A stretch of DNA of 64,000 nt from NCBI RefSeq assembly GCF_006345805.1, contig NW_021832716.1, forward strand, positions 6,823 to 70,822, given 5' to 3'. This document shows positions 1 to 13,679 of the stretch, piece by piece. Both the position numbers and the translations under genes were made by a program. The notes below the pieces were generated by a model, which was not told where the DNA came from, did not search any database, and worked only from the letters and a program-made list of their open reading frames with translations. Position 1 is the first letter of the stretch. Every line of letters begins with the position of its first letter. This stretch comes from Octopus sinensis. Its lineage: Eukaryota.

Positions 1-595
1 AAGTTGGCCTATCATTGAGCTTAGAGCAGTTGATCTTCCTTGGGTGTGTCCTTGAAGTGTTGGGAGTTTTCGCCAATGTCCTTTTTTGTGTCTCGTTTTT
101 GTATCAGTAGCGGTCCATTTTATGTTTCTTATTTCTTTACTCCCGACAAGGGCTACACACAAAGGACACAAACAAGGACGGAAAAACGGATTAAGTCGAT
201 TATATTAACCCCAGTGCGTAACTGGTACTTATTTAATCGACTCCGAAAGGATGAAAGACAAAGTCGACGTCGGCGGAATTTGAACTCAGAATGTAGCGGC
301 AGACGAAATACCTATTTCTTTACTACCCACAAGGGGCTAATAACAGAGAGGACAAACAAGGACAGACAGACGGATTAAGTCGATTACAGTTCTGTGTTGA
401 AATGTCAACAATTTCTATTCTGGGTTTACGTGGGCTTTCCCCAATTATGCAAACGAAAATGTCTCCCAAGCAAAAAAATAATAATAAAGTAACGTAAACA
501 AGAACAATAAAGACGAATGGTAAAAAGCAAAAAGAAAATATTCACACACATACATACACATGTGCGTATACGCATACATATACATACATATACAC

Positions 596-628
<33 letters not shown>

Positions 629-677
629 TATATATACACTATATATATATATATACATATACATACATATACACACA

Positions 678-717
<40 letters not shown>

Positions 718-970
718 TCTCTCTTACCTGTTTGTGTCTGCCTTCCAAATGCTGTTTTACTGAGATCTCCTTTTTTAGTAGAAGAATAGCTATAACTCTT
801 TGACTGCTATTTCTAAATTCGGTCTGTGGTAAGGCAATTCGTTGCTAAACCCTTTATTGCTTAGTATTACTTAAATTTTCCTCGAATGAGGCTTTTACAT
901 GCCGAAGACTACTTGGTGTAATTGATAATTATCCAAATTAATTAATTTCACCCTTCATTATTACGGATAA

Positions 971-1037
<67 letters not shown>

Positions 1038-1496
1038 ATACATATATATATAATATATATATTATATATATAATATATATATATATACCATATATATATG
1101 TGTGGTGTATGTATGTAGTATATGTATGTATATGCATATATATATATATATATATATATGTTATTTATATATATGTTATATATTATATATATATGCTTGT
1201 ACTTTTTATCTTATATTAAACTTTTTAATACTTTTTAATAGTATACATATTTAATAAATATAATATATATATATATAAAAATATATAAAAATATATAAAA
1301 CATATAAAGATATATAAATATAAATTAATAATTTTAATTTTAAATTTAAATAATTTAAATATTTAAATTCATATTTTATATATTTTGTATATTATATAAA
1401 TTATTTTTATTTTACTGTTGGGTTATTTTTTCACTGTTTGATTTGCCTAATAGTGGTTTTATCTCTAATTAATTTATACATATATGCATGTCTTAT

Positions 1497-1527
<31 letters not shown>

Positions 1528-1530
1528 TAT

Positions 1531-1752
1531 AAGTATATAATTAAGAGAAATAACCTCTATTAAGTAATTCAATAGTGAAAGACTTTATCTATATCATATA
1601 GAAGATACTCTAAATATACTATAATAAATATTATTCAAAAAAATCACTAAATTAAATAAACATTAAATGGCTGTGATTAAAACATATAGATATATATACA
1701 GTCTTCCACTATTGAATTACTTAATAGAGATTATTTCTCTTAATTTATACTT
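1531..1752. repeat. AT-rich foldback in a (TA)n field
   Basis: AAGTATATAATTAAGAGAAATAACCTCTATTAAGTAATTCAATAGTG versus its inverse ending at 1752. Confidence 0.65.
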
Positions 1753-1843
1753 ATATCATATATTGTAAAATTGATTTGGAATTGCTAAATTAAATTTTCC
1801 CTATAAGTTTGGATTGATATTCCCTATTATTTTATATATATAT

Positions 1844-1921
<78 letters not shown>

Positions 1922-2012
1922 TATAATAATATGAGGGAATATTATTTTTCTAAAATTACAGGGAAAAATTCAATTTAGAAATACTAAATCAAATTTCACA
2001 AAATATAATATA

Positions 2013-2449
2013 CTAGCAGTATCGCCCGGCGTTGCTCGGGTTTGTAAGGGAAATAACTATATAAGCATTTTTAGAGAGTTACTTCCTTTATAGATGCCAA
2101 TTCGGGCTTTCTTAGCCATTTCTGTTTTGGTGTCTTCAAGCCATGAAGTCGTTGTTCAAAAAGAACGCTGGTCTCCTTGACAACGCATTACGACGTTGAT
2201 TTCCTTAAACTCCCTTCCCCACAGCTTCACGAAAAATTATGCATTAAAATGGAATAAAAAATGATGTTAACTTATTTTTTAAATCGTAGACTCATCGTAG
2301 ACGCGCGCTAATAGCCAGACGGGCTCGATATTAATCACGACTATAAGATACCCGAATTTGGTTAAACTGCACCGCAAAATGTGGGAGGAGTTAGGAATCT
2401 AAATCGTAGGAGACAGACACTCACACAACTACAGTTTTATATATATAGA
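2013..2449 (-). mobile_element. Non-autonomous Helitron, 437 bp
   Basis: Minus strand A|TCTATATATATAAAAC...CCCGAGCAACGCCGGG hairpin..CTAG|T: 5' TC, 3' CTAG, inserted between A and T, no TSD. Confidence 0.85.
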
Positions 2450-2982
2450 TATATATATATAAATTAGAAAAAAATTAAATTAAATGCTAACATTAATTTA
2501 TTTATTGTTGTATGTTGGAATGGTCATTTTGCCAGTTTAGCCAATAAATATATTATCTTATAGGTAAATAAATAAATTTATTTACCTATATGATACGTTT
2601 AGCTTATTTTTCCGTATGCATAAAACCTTATTTCTTTTTATGTTATTTATTTATTGTAGATATAATTTAGTAGTATTAGTGTATAATTTACTATATTATT
2701 ATATGTTATATTAATATATATGAATAATTTTAAAATTAGATATTGTCTAATACATAAATGATTATATGTAATTTTATTAAGACCTATTATTTATAGTAAT
2801 TTAAATTAATTTGATATTATATGTATATTTTACGTAATAATTATTTGGAAATTAATTTATAGTAAATAATCATTTATAGTTCTTTTGTTATTCTATTTTT
2901 CTCAAATTCATGAAGCTTAAATATTTTTCGTCATTTTCATTGATAATTTTATTCTATTTTTTACACATCTTCACGGGTTTAA

Positions 2983-3200
2983 TCTCTATATTATAATTCG
3001 AAAATGCGAAAAGTTTGTTTGTTTGTTTGTCTGGTTTGGGCATTGAGAACGGATTAAAGGCCACTAGATCCCGTCGGATTGACTCCAAAATTTACAGGGA
3101 CATGTAAAATGAGGTGAGGATGTTAGTGGGCTTGGTTAGAAATACCCATCTTAAAATGTGTCGTTGCTAGGGCCAAAAATGCACTTTGACAAGTCTACTC
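2983..3200 (+). mobile_element. Possible Helitron 5' fragment
   Basis: A|TCTCTATATTATAA followed by GTTTGTTTGTTTG; no 3' CTAG/hairpin found. Confidence 0.3.
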
Positions 3201-4430
3201 TCATTCTTTTATGTATCTGTCCTCCTCTGTTACTCATTCTCTTTCCTCCCTTCCCATCACGTTCTATATATAACGTTGTTTCACGGCGTCTATCTCCCTT
3301 ACCTATCTCCCTTACCTTTACCGTCGTGTCGCGGCGTCCTCAATCTCCCCCCTCCTCCCCGCCTTCGACAGCGCTTTCACTCTCTCTCTTTCTCTCTACG
3401 TCTGTCATAGAGAGAATTATCATCGTCGCCACCACCACCACCACACAATCATGAGAACAAATATTCGAATCAGATATTTATTGGGTTAATTTATGTGTGT
3501 GTGTGTGTGTGTTCTATATATAAATATGTATATAAATTAATATACAAAGTGTATATACTCTGTATTTATGTATATTAAACTTTTTAATACTTTTTGATAC
3601 TTATATATATTTTTAAAATTAATAAATAAGTTAATAATTTTAATTTTAAATTTAAATAATTTAAATTTTAAATTTTATATTTTATATATTTTGTACATTA
3701 TATTTTTATTTTTATGTTTTGGGTTATGTTTTTCACTGTTTGATTTGCCTAATAGTGGTTTTATCTCTAATTTAATTTATATATATATTTATAATTTGTA
3801 TACATTTGTATATATAATGCGTACACACACACACATATATATAGATATATAATGCGTATATATATATATTGTAAGACAATATATTATTAATAGTTAAATG
3901 GTCTATTTATTACGTAGTATTACATTTAAGTAAATTAGTTTAATATTAATTGATATTTTGGTCAACAATATACTCGAGTAAAAAATTAAATCTATATATA
4001 CTACACATATATTAATAATATAGTTAGTTTATCTAATAAGTGTGTATATATTTAAACCATTTCCTATTATTAATTCTAATATTTATAGCTTGTACTAACA
4101 TTATGTATATTACTTAACATTAAGGTTTTTTATATAGATTACTTAATGAGTATAAGATTTTATTTAAATGTTTATTAAATAAATTAATTAATTAATAATT
4201 TAATTTAATGTATATAGATTAAATTATAGTATTTAGTTTTCACTTAATGTATATTTTGTATTTTATTTATATATATATTTGTTTTTAATATTTTAATTAA
4301 TTGTATCTTATTTTTTATTCTATTTTTTTTATTTAAACAAGAATATATTTGTTAAGATATTTCGTATTCTACAGGATTATTTATGTATATTTATTAATTT
4401 ATCTAATTAATTATTTTATTGTTTTTTCTT

Positions 4431-4528
4431 TAACCTGAAGAATGGGTATATTTATATTGAAGTGATTTTACTATGATTATTATTATTATTATCATTTCTT
4501 AAATATAGCCACGAAACAAGAGTCGTTA
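4431..4528 (+). ncRNA. Type I hammerhead ribozyme motif with extended stem II
   Basis: TAAC CTGAAGA ATGGGTATATTTA..TAAATATAGCCAC GAAAC AAGA GT C GTTA. Confidence 0.65.
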
Positions 4529-4695
4529 TTCTACCAAATGTATACGTTTTATTTACTTTTTTGCACATTACTGAATCATTGTTATATGTTTTATCTTAAA
4601 TTCAATCTTTCTATAATATGTAATTTTTCTAAATGGTATAATTTAATTTTTCATTTTGAATTGATAAAAGGTGTTTTTTCTAATTTATATATATG

Positions 4696-4752
<57 letters not shown>

Positions 4753-4855
4753 GCAAACAGGCTATATGTATATATATATATATATGTGTGTGGTGTGTGT
4801 ATGTGTGTATATATATGTATGTATGTATATATATATATATTGTATATATATAATG

Positions 4856-4902
<47 letters not shown>

Positions 4903-4910
4903 ATATATAT

Positions 4911-4949
<39 letters not shown>

Positions 4950-4953
<4 letters not shown>

Positions 4954-5200
4954 ATACTATACTTGTTCCACGTCCTCGAGTTGTGTTTTCTCTTGGTGTT
5001 TTCATGTTTGGATTATATATATATAGGGAGAGTTTACGAAAAAAACAAAAGACGATGACAGGTGGTGTACAAAACAAACAGATGTATTAGTATAACGCAC
5101 AGGAATAGAAAAAGTCTTTTACGTTTCGAGCCTACGCTCTTCAACTGAAAAGGACTCAGGATAAAACAAGGAGAAAAAAAGGAGAGAAAAAACGTGTGTA
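4950..5200. mobile_element. Penelope terminal remnant with inverted segments and a degenerate hammerhead (5114-5154, minus)
   Basis: 4955-5010 is the reverse complement of 32545-32610; minus strand CCTTTT CAGTTGA AGAGC GTAG GCTC GAAAC GT A AAAGA; (TA)n flanks. Confidence 0.65.
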
Positions 5201-5384
5201 GTGGCTAACGATCTATATATAAGGATATATAAGGATTAGATCGTTAATTTAATTATCAATCTTATCAAGTGGCCAGCATAGGAATTAAACCTTCAAATAT
5301 GGTAATAATTATTAAAATTATATTTTAGGGTATCTAAATTATAATTATAGCGCAGAGGTATCTCTTAGATACCTTAATTATAAT

Positions 5385-5429
<45 letters not shown>

Positions 5430-5601
5430 AGGTAGGTAGGTATGTATGTATCTATATATATATTATATACACATGTGTGTGTATTTATATATACTTGTAT
5501 ATATATGAACACATGTATACATCTGTGCGCATCCATACATACATACATGTATGTATTTATGTATATACGTATGTATGTATGTATGTATGTACGTATGTAC
5601 G

Positions 5602-5632
<31 letters not shown>

Positions 5633-5889
5633 TGTATGTACACACACATATGCACATACATAGATACATGCAGACACTTTAAACAATGTCACTTCCCGCT
5701 GGTGTGTAACAGCTCAAAATAAGTGCAAATAAGGATTGGTTTTGGTGAGTGTTAAATAGCAACAATACTTGCTACAATAATAACAACAATAACAGCAGTA
5801 GTAGTTGTAGCAGTAATAGCTTCTACAACGGTTGTAGTAGTAGCTGCAACAAGAACAGTTACAACAACAACAACAGCGGCGACTGAACT

Positions 5890-6185
5890 CGCAGCAGCGG
5901 GGAAGCAATTTCGTCTTCTGGTAGGAACTTTATGCTTTGTGAATTCCTCCTCGGGCCTACTTGCAACAGCAAAACAGATGGGAGCTGAAACTCAGCATGA
6001 GGAAGCAGCTGAAGCTTCTAGAAGAAACTGTCGCCTCAACATCACTGAGGCCGAATTGGTGTTGATATGAGAAGCAGCAAAGCAGATGGTTCTGTTCGAA
6101 GTCTCCGTTCCTTGCGAGGAGACAGCATCGGGAAGGCTAACGAGAGGAAGAGAAAGAAATATGTTGAACTGGTAGAGTTAATGTA
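5890..6185 (+). mobile_element. Decayed HERO/NeSL-type (restriction-like endonuclease) non-LTR retrotransposon fragment
   Basis: Across frames: GLLATAK.WELKLSMRKQLK...TSLRP..VLI*EAAKQMVLFEVSVPCE..GKANERKRKKYVELVE. Confidence 0.7.
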
Positions 6186-6617
6186 TATATGTATGTATAT
6201 ATATAAACTAAACAGAAAATGGAGAAATACTGATGAGCAACAATTGACTAACATCAATTATTACTTTTTAATACAAATAGACTTTATCCCATCTAACACC
6301 TGTTTCGGTTTCCAATGTTCCTCGGTATGGCCATTGAAAGTCTATTTCTATTAAAAAGTATTAATCGATGACAAGTAAGATGTGACCCCATCGACGCAGA
6401 GGGTTTGCCGACCAGTTCCTCTGTAGAGTTTATAACATGCTTGGCATGACAGAGAGCAGCAGACAGAAAGCCATCAGGTTGACTGTAGCTGCAGTTGAGA
6501 TTGCCTCAAGATAGCTGTGGAACACGAGATGCGAGTGTCTTCTACTATAGCCTATTTTAAAAATTGATATTCGATATTAGTCATTGTTGTTAATCAATAT
6601 TTCTCCATTTTCTGTTT

Positions 6618-6668
<51 letters not shown>

Positions 6669-6865
6669 TATATTATATATACATATGTATATATGAAATT
6701 TTGAACTTAGTTCACGGACCCAGTACTACCTTTGCGGACCCTAGGTTGAGAACCACTGATGTATATCAAAGGATCGAAGGTCCGTCCCGGACCAAAGGCT
6801 CATTGTGCTAGTTTCCCGGATACTGCGGTGTATATATTCCCTTCTATCCTACTAGACTGGTGTTG

Positions 6866-7215
6866 AGGCGCAATAGCCCAGTTGTTAGAGCAGAGGACTC
6901 GCGGTCATAGGATCGCGGTTTCGATTCCCAGACCGGGCGTTTTGAGTGTTTATTGAGCGAAAACACCGAAAGTTCCACAAGGCCCCTACAGGAGGTGGTG
7001 GTGAACTCTGCTGTAGTCTTTGACCACAACTTTCTCTCACTCTTTCTTCCTGTTTCTGTTGTATCTGTATTTCGAAGTGCCAGCCTTGTCACACTCTCTG
7101 TCATGCTGAATCTCCCCAAGAACTACGTTAATGACACACGTGTCTGTGGAGTGCTCATCCACTTGCACGTTGATTTCACGAGCAGGCTGGAACCCTCGTC
7201 GACGTAACCAACGGA
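6866..7215 (+). mobile_element. tRNA-derived SINE family C; other copies at about 34868-35175(+) and 50780-51090(-, diverged)
   Basis: GAGGCGCAATAGCCCAGT.GTTAG..GGTTTCGATTCCC head shared between copies. Confidence 0.8.
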
Positions 7216-7257
7216 GTGCCACGATGGAGTCGCCAGTCCATCGCAGGGTTACTCATA

Positions 7258-7685
7258 AAGGCGACGAACTGGCAGAATCGTTAGCACGCTGGCCCAAATG
7301 CTTAGCGGCATTTTGTCTGCCGCTACGTTCTGAGTTCAAATTCGGCCGAGGTCGACTTTGCCTTTCATCCTTTCGGGGTCGATAGATTAAGTACTAGTTA
7401 CGCACTGGGGTCGATGAAATCGACTTAATCCCTTTGTCTGTCCTTGTTTGTCCTCTCTGTGTTTAGCTCCTTGTGGGTGGTAGTAAAGAAATAGGTATTT
7501 TGTCTGCCGTTACGTTCTGAGTTCAAATTCCACCATGGTCGACTTTGCCTTTCATTCTTTCGGGGTCGATAAAATAAGTACCAGTTACGCACTGGGGTCG
7601 ATGTAATCGAATTAGTCCCTTTGTCTGTCCTTGTTTGTCACCTCTATGTTTAGCCCCTTGTGAGCAATAAAGAAATAAGGATTTC
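7258..7685 (+). mobile_element. tRNA-derived SINE family A with tandemly repeated body; other copies at about 130-395(-), 30120-30310(+), 37960-38350(-), 54030-54225(+), 56710-56925(+)
   Basis: A box TGGCAGAATCGTTAG, B box GAGTTCAAATT, core GCCTTTCATCCTTTCGGGGTCGATA..AAGTACCAG. Confidence 0.85.
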
Positions 7686-7989
7686 TCATATTTTGACAGC
7701 CGAATAAACAGGGGCAACGTGAAATGAAGTGTTTTTTGGTCAAAAACACAAGACATAGACTTGTTCAGGGATCGAAACCACAAGCTTACGATCATAAGTG
7801 CAACACCGTAACCACTTCTTGGCTTCTCGCTACATTAATTAGTTCTTTAGTCCTGACTTCTTTACTGTTTAAGCGTTTATATAATTGGTGACGATGTCGA
7901 CAGAACAAACTGACAGAGAGAAGCGGGGTTTCACAGACTTGTTGAAGTCTTTAACTTGTTTTTAGAGGATTTCAATGGCTTCAAGTTGT

Positions 7990-8353
7990 CGCAACATCTG
8001 ATATGAAGGTGATGATGAAGGTGGTTATGGTGGTGGTTGTAGTAGTGTTGGTAGTGGTGATAGAGGTGGTTATGATGGTGGTGGTTGTGGTGGTGGTAGT
8101 TGTAGTAGTGCCTGTAGTGGTGATAAAGGTGATAAAGGTGGTCATGGTGGTGGTGGTGGTGGTGCAAGTGGTAGTGCTGGAGGTTGTGTTGGTAGAGGGT
8201 GGTGGTGGTGGTGGTGGTGGTGTGGAGGTGCTGCTGCTGCTGCTGCTGATGATGATGATGATGATAGCGATAGTGATAACGGTAATGATAATGGTGGTGG
8301 TGAGGGAAGCGGTGATAGTGGAGATGTGGTGGTGACGATGACAGTGATGATTA

Positions 8354-8387
<34 letters not shown>

Positions 8388-8620
8388 GGTAGGTGGTGGT
8401 GGTAGTGGTAGTGGTGGTGGTGGTGGTAGTGGTACTGGTGGGGGTTGATGATAATGAGGATGATAGCTTTGACAATGTTGCTGTTGTTCTTGCTGTTGTT
8501 GCTGGTGGTGGTGGTGGTGGTGGTGGTGTGGTGGTGGTGGTGGTTTTGGTGGCGGTGGCAGTTATGGTTGTGATAGTCTGTAGTTATTGTTGTGGTGGTG
8601 GTAGGGGTGCTATGCATCAG
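7990..8620. repeat. Compound trinucleotide microsatellite (GGT/GAT/TAG); a similar tract at 51115-51357
   Basis: Direct reading. Confidence 0.95.
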
Positions 8621-9075
8621 ACAAGAGAGAAGAAACAGTTCGTGTATGAAGAGTTCCTTAAACGTTAGGGCCATTATTTTAATTAATTTTTTCACTGAAC
8701 ACCTGTTTAGTGATATATATATTATACAGACACATCTGTACGTATACATACACACACACAAAGATAGATAGATAGATAGATAGATAAATATACAGACACA
8801 TGCATATACACGTATACCGCCTACGTACGCTCACGTACAAACGATTACACAAACATTAGTAGACGCGCTCATTAAGTTCTGTATGTAAATAAAGACAAGT
8901 CATTAGACGTGCGACACAACCGGAAGTAATTACAAATGCCCGTGTATGCACTCATTCACACAATGCGTATAATAAGCTTATATACATACATATATACACA
9001 CACAGACACATACGTATACATATATATATATATATTATATATATATATATTATATATATATTCAAGACATAAGTG

Positions 9076-9122
<47 letters not shown>

Positions 9123-9269
9123 TTAGCGTCCCCGTCACTTAGCGGTTCGGCAAAAGAGACCGATAGTACTGGGCTTACAAAGAATAATTTCCGGGGTCGA
9201 GTTGCTCGATTAAAGGCGGTGCTCTAGTAACGGCCGCAGTCAAATGACTGAAACAAGTAAAAAAATATA

Positions 9270-9332
<63 letters not shown>

Positions 9333-9860
9333 AGTAGTAACAGAAAAATGGAATTTCGATTATCCCCACGTTGTGAGGAAATTAAAAAAGGAAAATACGC
9401 ATACTTACATAGTTTTAATATAATTTTTACTATATCGACCGGTTTCGTTATCGCTATTCATGATATTATGTTTTACTTATTTGAATATATATTTTTTCTT
9501 AAGAAGAAATTTGGTCCGTGTGGTGTGTGATGAAATTCACGAGTGAATGACTTCACAAGTAGATAAATAAAGGGGGGTAATTGGTTGTCGTTATTATTGT
9601 TATTGTTTCGGGAATGGGTAGGGATTATATATGTGTACAGAGACAAGTTTCAAAAACCTTGTCTTGTAGGGGATTTATGTACAGTGATGTAATCGTGAAT
9701 TGAAATATGTAAAAAGTTAAAAGTTGGTTATGAGTGCATTTTAAGACGTGTTTTGTATTTTTACAAGGGTTTTGAGAAAATTTGGTTTAAATGTTTGACA
9801 ACTCAGCACCGTCCATTGGGACAGGGGGCGTTTTGTTCGTAATTAATATATATATATATA

Positions 9861-9905
<45 letters not shown>

Positions 9906-10242
9906 CACGATTTATTCGTGATCAGAGAAGTGCGAAAACCGAGGTACTACTGTATATCTTTTACCTTTTGTTTGTTTCAATTAGACTGCGGCTATGCTGG
10001 GTGCACCGCCTTGAATTTTTACCAGAACGAATCTTATTCTTTAAGTCCGGTACTTATTCTATCGCCCCCTTTGCCAAACTGCTAAGTTACAGCGACGTAA
10101 ACACACAAACACTGGTTGTCAAACGTTGGTGGAAGGACAAAAACAGACAGAAAGACTCACATGTGTGTGTGTATGTGTGTGTGTGTATGTGTGTGTGTGA
10201 GTGTGTGTGTGTGTGTGTGTGGTGTGTGTGTGTGTGTGTGTA

Positions 10243-10460
10243 CGAGGGGCTGCTGAAAAGTTCCTGACTATAAGGGTGGCGGGAAAGGCCAGGTTGCAGG
10301 CCCAACCTCATGAGTTCTTTTACAGGGCTTAGCAAAAACCTGAAGGGCCTCTGCAGTAAGTGTATGAATCTGAGAGAGACGAATATGTTGAATAAAATCA
10401 TAATTAAGTGATCCTCCTGTATCTTCTTTTACCCAAAGCCAGGAAGTTTTCAGCACCCCA
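10243..10460. mobile_element. Mariner-type MITE (about 220 bp)
   Basis: TA|CGAGGGGCTGCTGAAAAGTTCCTG ... CCAGGAAGTTTTCAGCACCCC, about 21-bp TIRs. Confidence 0.7.
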
Positions 10461-10517
10461 CTGTGCATATGTGTGTGTATATTTATATATATATATACCA
10501 CACACACACACACACAC

Positions 10518-10556
<39 letters not shown>

Positions 10557-10784
10557 TATTCTATAATTATAAGCATAATTATAATCAGGGTCTGCTAATT
10601 GCTTCGCCACGCACCGAATTTAGAAATAGCAGTTAAAATACCTATTCCGCTACCATAAATATCTCCCTTTTATTATTATTGAAATGTGTGTGTGTATGTG
10701 TGTGTGTGTGGTGTGTTGTGTGTGAGTATGTACATATGTATACATATTCATATAGAAAGGAAAAGAAAAGTGAGTTAAATTGAC

Positions 10785-10851
<67 letters not shown>

Positions 10852-10873
10852 TAGACAGATAGATAGATAGATC

Positions 10874-10951
<78 letters not shown>

Positions 10952-11316
10952 GCTCTTTTTCTACACACATTTTTTTCTTTCGTTTATTTTCCCCAACGTC
11001 GTGGACAACCCTGGAACACGACACATGCAATCTCGTATAGGACTTCACTCACACACGCGCCCATTCTCAGACTGTCACCCATACACACACATTCTTTCAC
11101 ATGCGTATACACTACGCCACCCTTCCACACACACACATTGTCACATACGTTCGCACGCTCACACACACACACGCACGCACGCTCACACACACACACACAC
11201 GCACGCACTCCCATCGCAATAGACATTAATACTGAGTCACGCGTGGCTGCAAGAAGGCAGATTAGACACACAAAAAGTGAGATACCTCCAGATACTGTCA
11301 TTATCACACTCACACA

Positions 11317-11357
<41 letters not shown>

Positions 11358-11749
11358 ACGCACGCTCGCACGCACACTCGCACGAAGACACGAACACTTC
11401 ACTTTGTGGCACCCGCACATCTGGTAACATTTAGCAATAATCAGATATATATACACACGTGCGAAAACATACGCACCAACCAAAACACCCTGACAGAGTC
11501 GAACACACACACCCATACACACACACACACACACATACACACACACACACACATACACACACACACACTACACAAACACACACATACAAATGCGTACGCA
11601 CGCACACTTCTGCATACATACAAGAAAACCATCACACAAGCACATGTTACTACAATACGTACAAAAATATCACATGATCACGTATTAATACCCCACAATC
11701 CGTAGACAAACCCAGACAGTAAAAACTATCCTTGCTTGCGGATTATAAG

Positions 11750-12430
11750 TTTAGTTAGTTAAGTTAATTTTTTGGCTCAAAAAGCAAAAGCAAGGCTATG
11801 TAGGGGGACATGGAGTTATGTACAGGGAGGGTGTTCATGCAAAGAGTTCAGGCAATTTCTGGTCAAGAGAGACTTTGAACCGAGCGGTCGTTGCATCTTC
11901 ACTATCCCGTCCGGCAGCTTAATCCACGGATCTGCAACCCGGACGGAGAAAGCCCCTCTCCTTCGATTGAGATGAAATCGTCGCAGATAGAGCTTTTCAG
12001 AGTGACCCCGCAGCCCACGCTCTGGAGCAGGAGTGAAGAACAGCTCTTTCGAGAGGTTACACTTTCCGCTTATGATGTTGTGAGCAAGAATGAGATCACC
12101 ACAGCGTCGTCGTTTTTCTAGAGAATAATGGTCGAGCGTCTTCAGTCTTTCTCCATAAGACAAATGCTTGAGACCAAGAACCATGCGGGTAGCCAGCTTC
12201 TGGATCCTTTCGAGATGATGTATGTCTTTGAGGAGATAAGGAGAAGAGGCTTGAATCCCGTACTCCAATATGGGTCTCACCAGCGTGACATAGAGCGGTA
12301 GGAGACTACGGCCATGCTGTAGTACTTGCCCTGAAGGACTTTAGGCCAAGCATGGGCAGACCTTTTTCGAGAAGCTGGCCGCATGAGAAATAACAAATCA
12401 TCAGGCGGGTCGCACTACTAAAAAGGAATT
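11750..12430 (-). mobile_element. CR1/L2-group LINE 3' fragment
   Basis: RPILEYGIQASSPY..LERIQKLATR..SYGERLKTL..SLEKRR..GDLI..RGHS..FSVRV..W; (AACT)n-like tail. Confidence 0.85.
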
Positions 12431-12701
12431 TAAAGTAAGGTTTCGTTGGCGTGCCAATGAAGAAGTGCCGCGGACTGCAGGTTGCCCATGACTGGCTTAG
12501 TTGAAAGAATGGATTCCAGTACTTACTGTTAAGCCTGGGACTTCGTCTACCGGTTTCTTTTTTTATACTTTTGCCGAACTGCTAAGTCACGAGGGCGTAA
12601 ACAAGCCCACATTTGTCGTTAAGCGGTGGGAAGGGGAACATACCACAAACACACATACACATATCTTTACGTATATGTGAGTGTATACGTGTGTGTGTAT
12701 G

Positions 12702-12786
<85 letters not shown>

Positions 12787-13369
12787 GTATGTATAAGGAT
12801 GAAAAGGAACACACGAGTTGATATATATGAAAAAATAAGTCAAAATAGAAAATGATAAATTAATTTTATAAAGAACATTTCAGTACCGGTTTCAGTCATT
12901 TTGAGACCTTTTCAACTGTAACGATTAAATAATTAAATTTAGAAAAATTAAAAGAAATGTTTTTTTAAAGGAATATTTGTATAGTGTTCAAATATAAGTG
13001 GCATTTTCCTTGTTTCTGCCTTGCTCTGTCTCTCTTGTTCACACAAACTGGTAAGTAGGGAGGTAGGCACAATGGGCTTCCACACAGTTTTCCTCCACCT
13101 CATTCGCTCACAAGGCATTGGTCGCCGTTAGGCTATAGTAGAAGACATTTTCCCACGGTGGCACGCAGTGGAACTGAACCCCAAACCACATGATTACAAA
13201 ACGAGCTTCATAACTACAGCCACGACGACAATTTTGGGGTCCCTTTTATGCTTGTACATCGAATTGTTGATGGCGTATCTTCGATCGCAGATGAAACATG
13301 CAAATGCTTTGTCGACGAGGTCACGTGTTCTCGCTTCGATTGCTATTCTTGAATGTATTCCCCCCCCCA

Positions 13370-13666
13370 AGTGTTTTTCGTAAAAGATGGAAGTATATAG
13401 CAAGTATGTTGCGAGTGAAAGAACCTGTTTAATCGAGAATGTAAAAAAGGAGAAAGCAAAGTCTTCAGCGTGAGCATGTGGTTTGTGGGGTCAACCGTGT
13501 CCTCCGCTTCATTTTTTGTTAATCACTCATTCTCATTTAATTGTATATATTTTAATTGTTTGTTTATTCATACGTTTCGTCTCATTCGATACCCTGACCC
13601 CAACATTTGTTTTGTCTGTCCCCGTATTGTCCCTCTTTTTCTCAACCTTATGGTGAATAAAGAAAT
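13370..13666 (+). mobile_element. Tx1 family A 5'-truncated 3' end
   Basis: Matches 22490-22778; ends GTGAATAAAGAAAT|TCTCCC. Confidence 0.88.
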
Positions 13667-13679
13667 TCTCCCTTATCTT

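Noticed and set aside
881-915. Further hammerhead-like strings here and near 9441, 31450-31550, 31860, 53660 and 60420
   Set aside because: Two or more core positions or a whole stem are broken; may be relics but cannot be supported individually.
5900-6250. Possible host exon on the minus strand (acceptor-like ctctcgttag)
   Set aside because: All three minus frames stop without motifs; the plus strand is explained by the HERO-like endonuclease.
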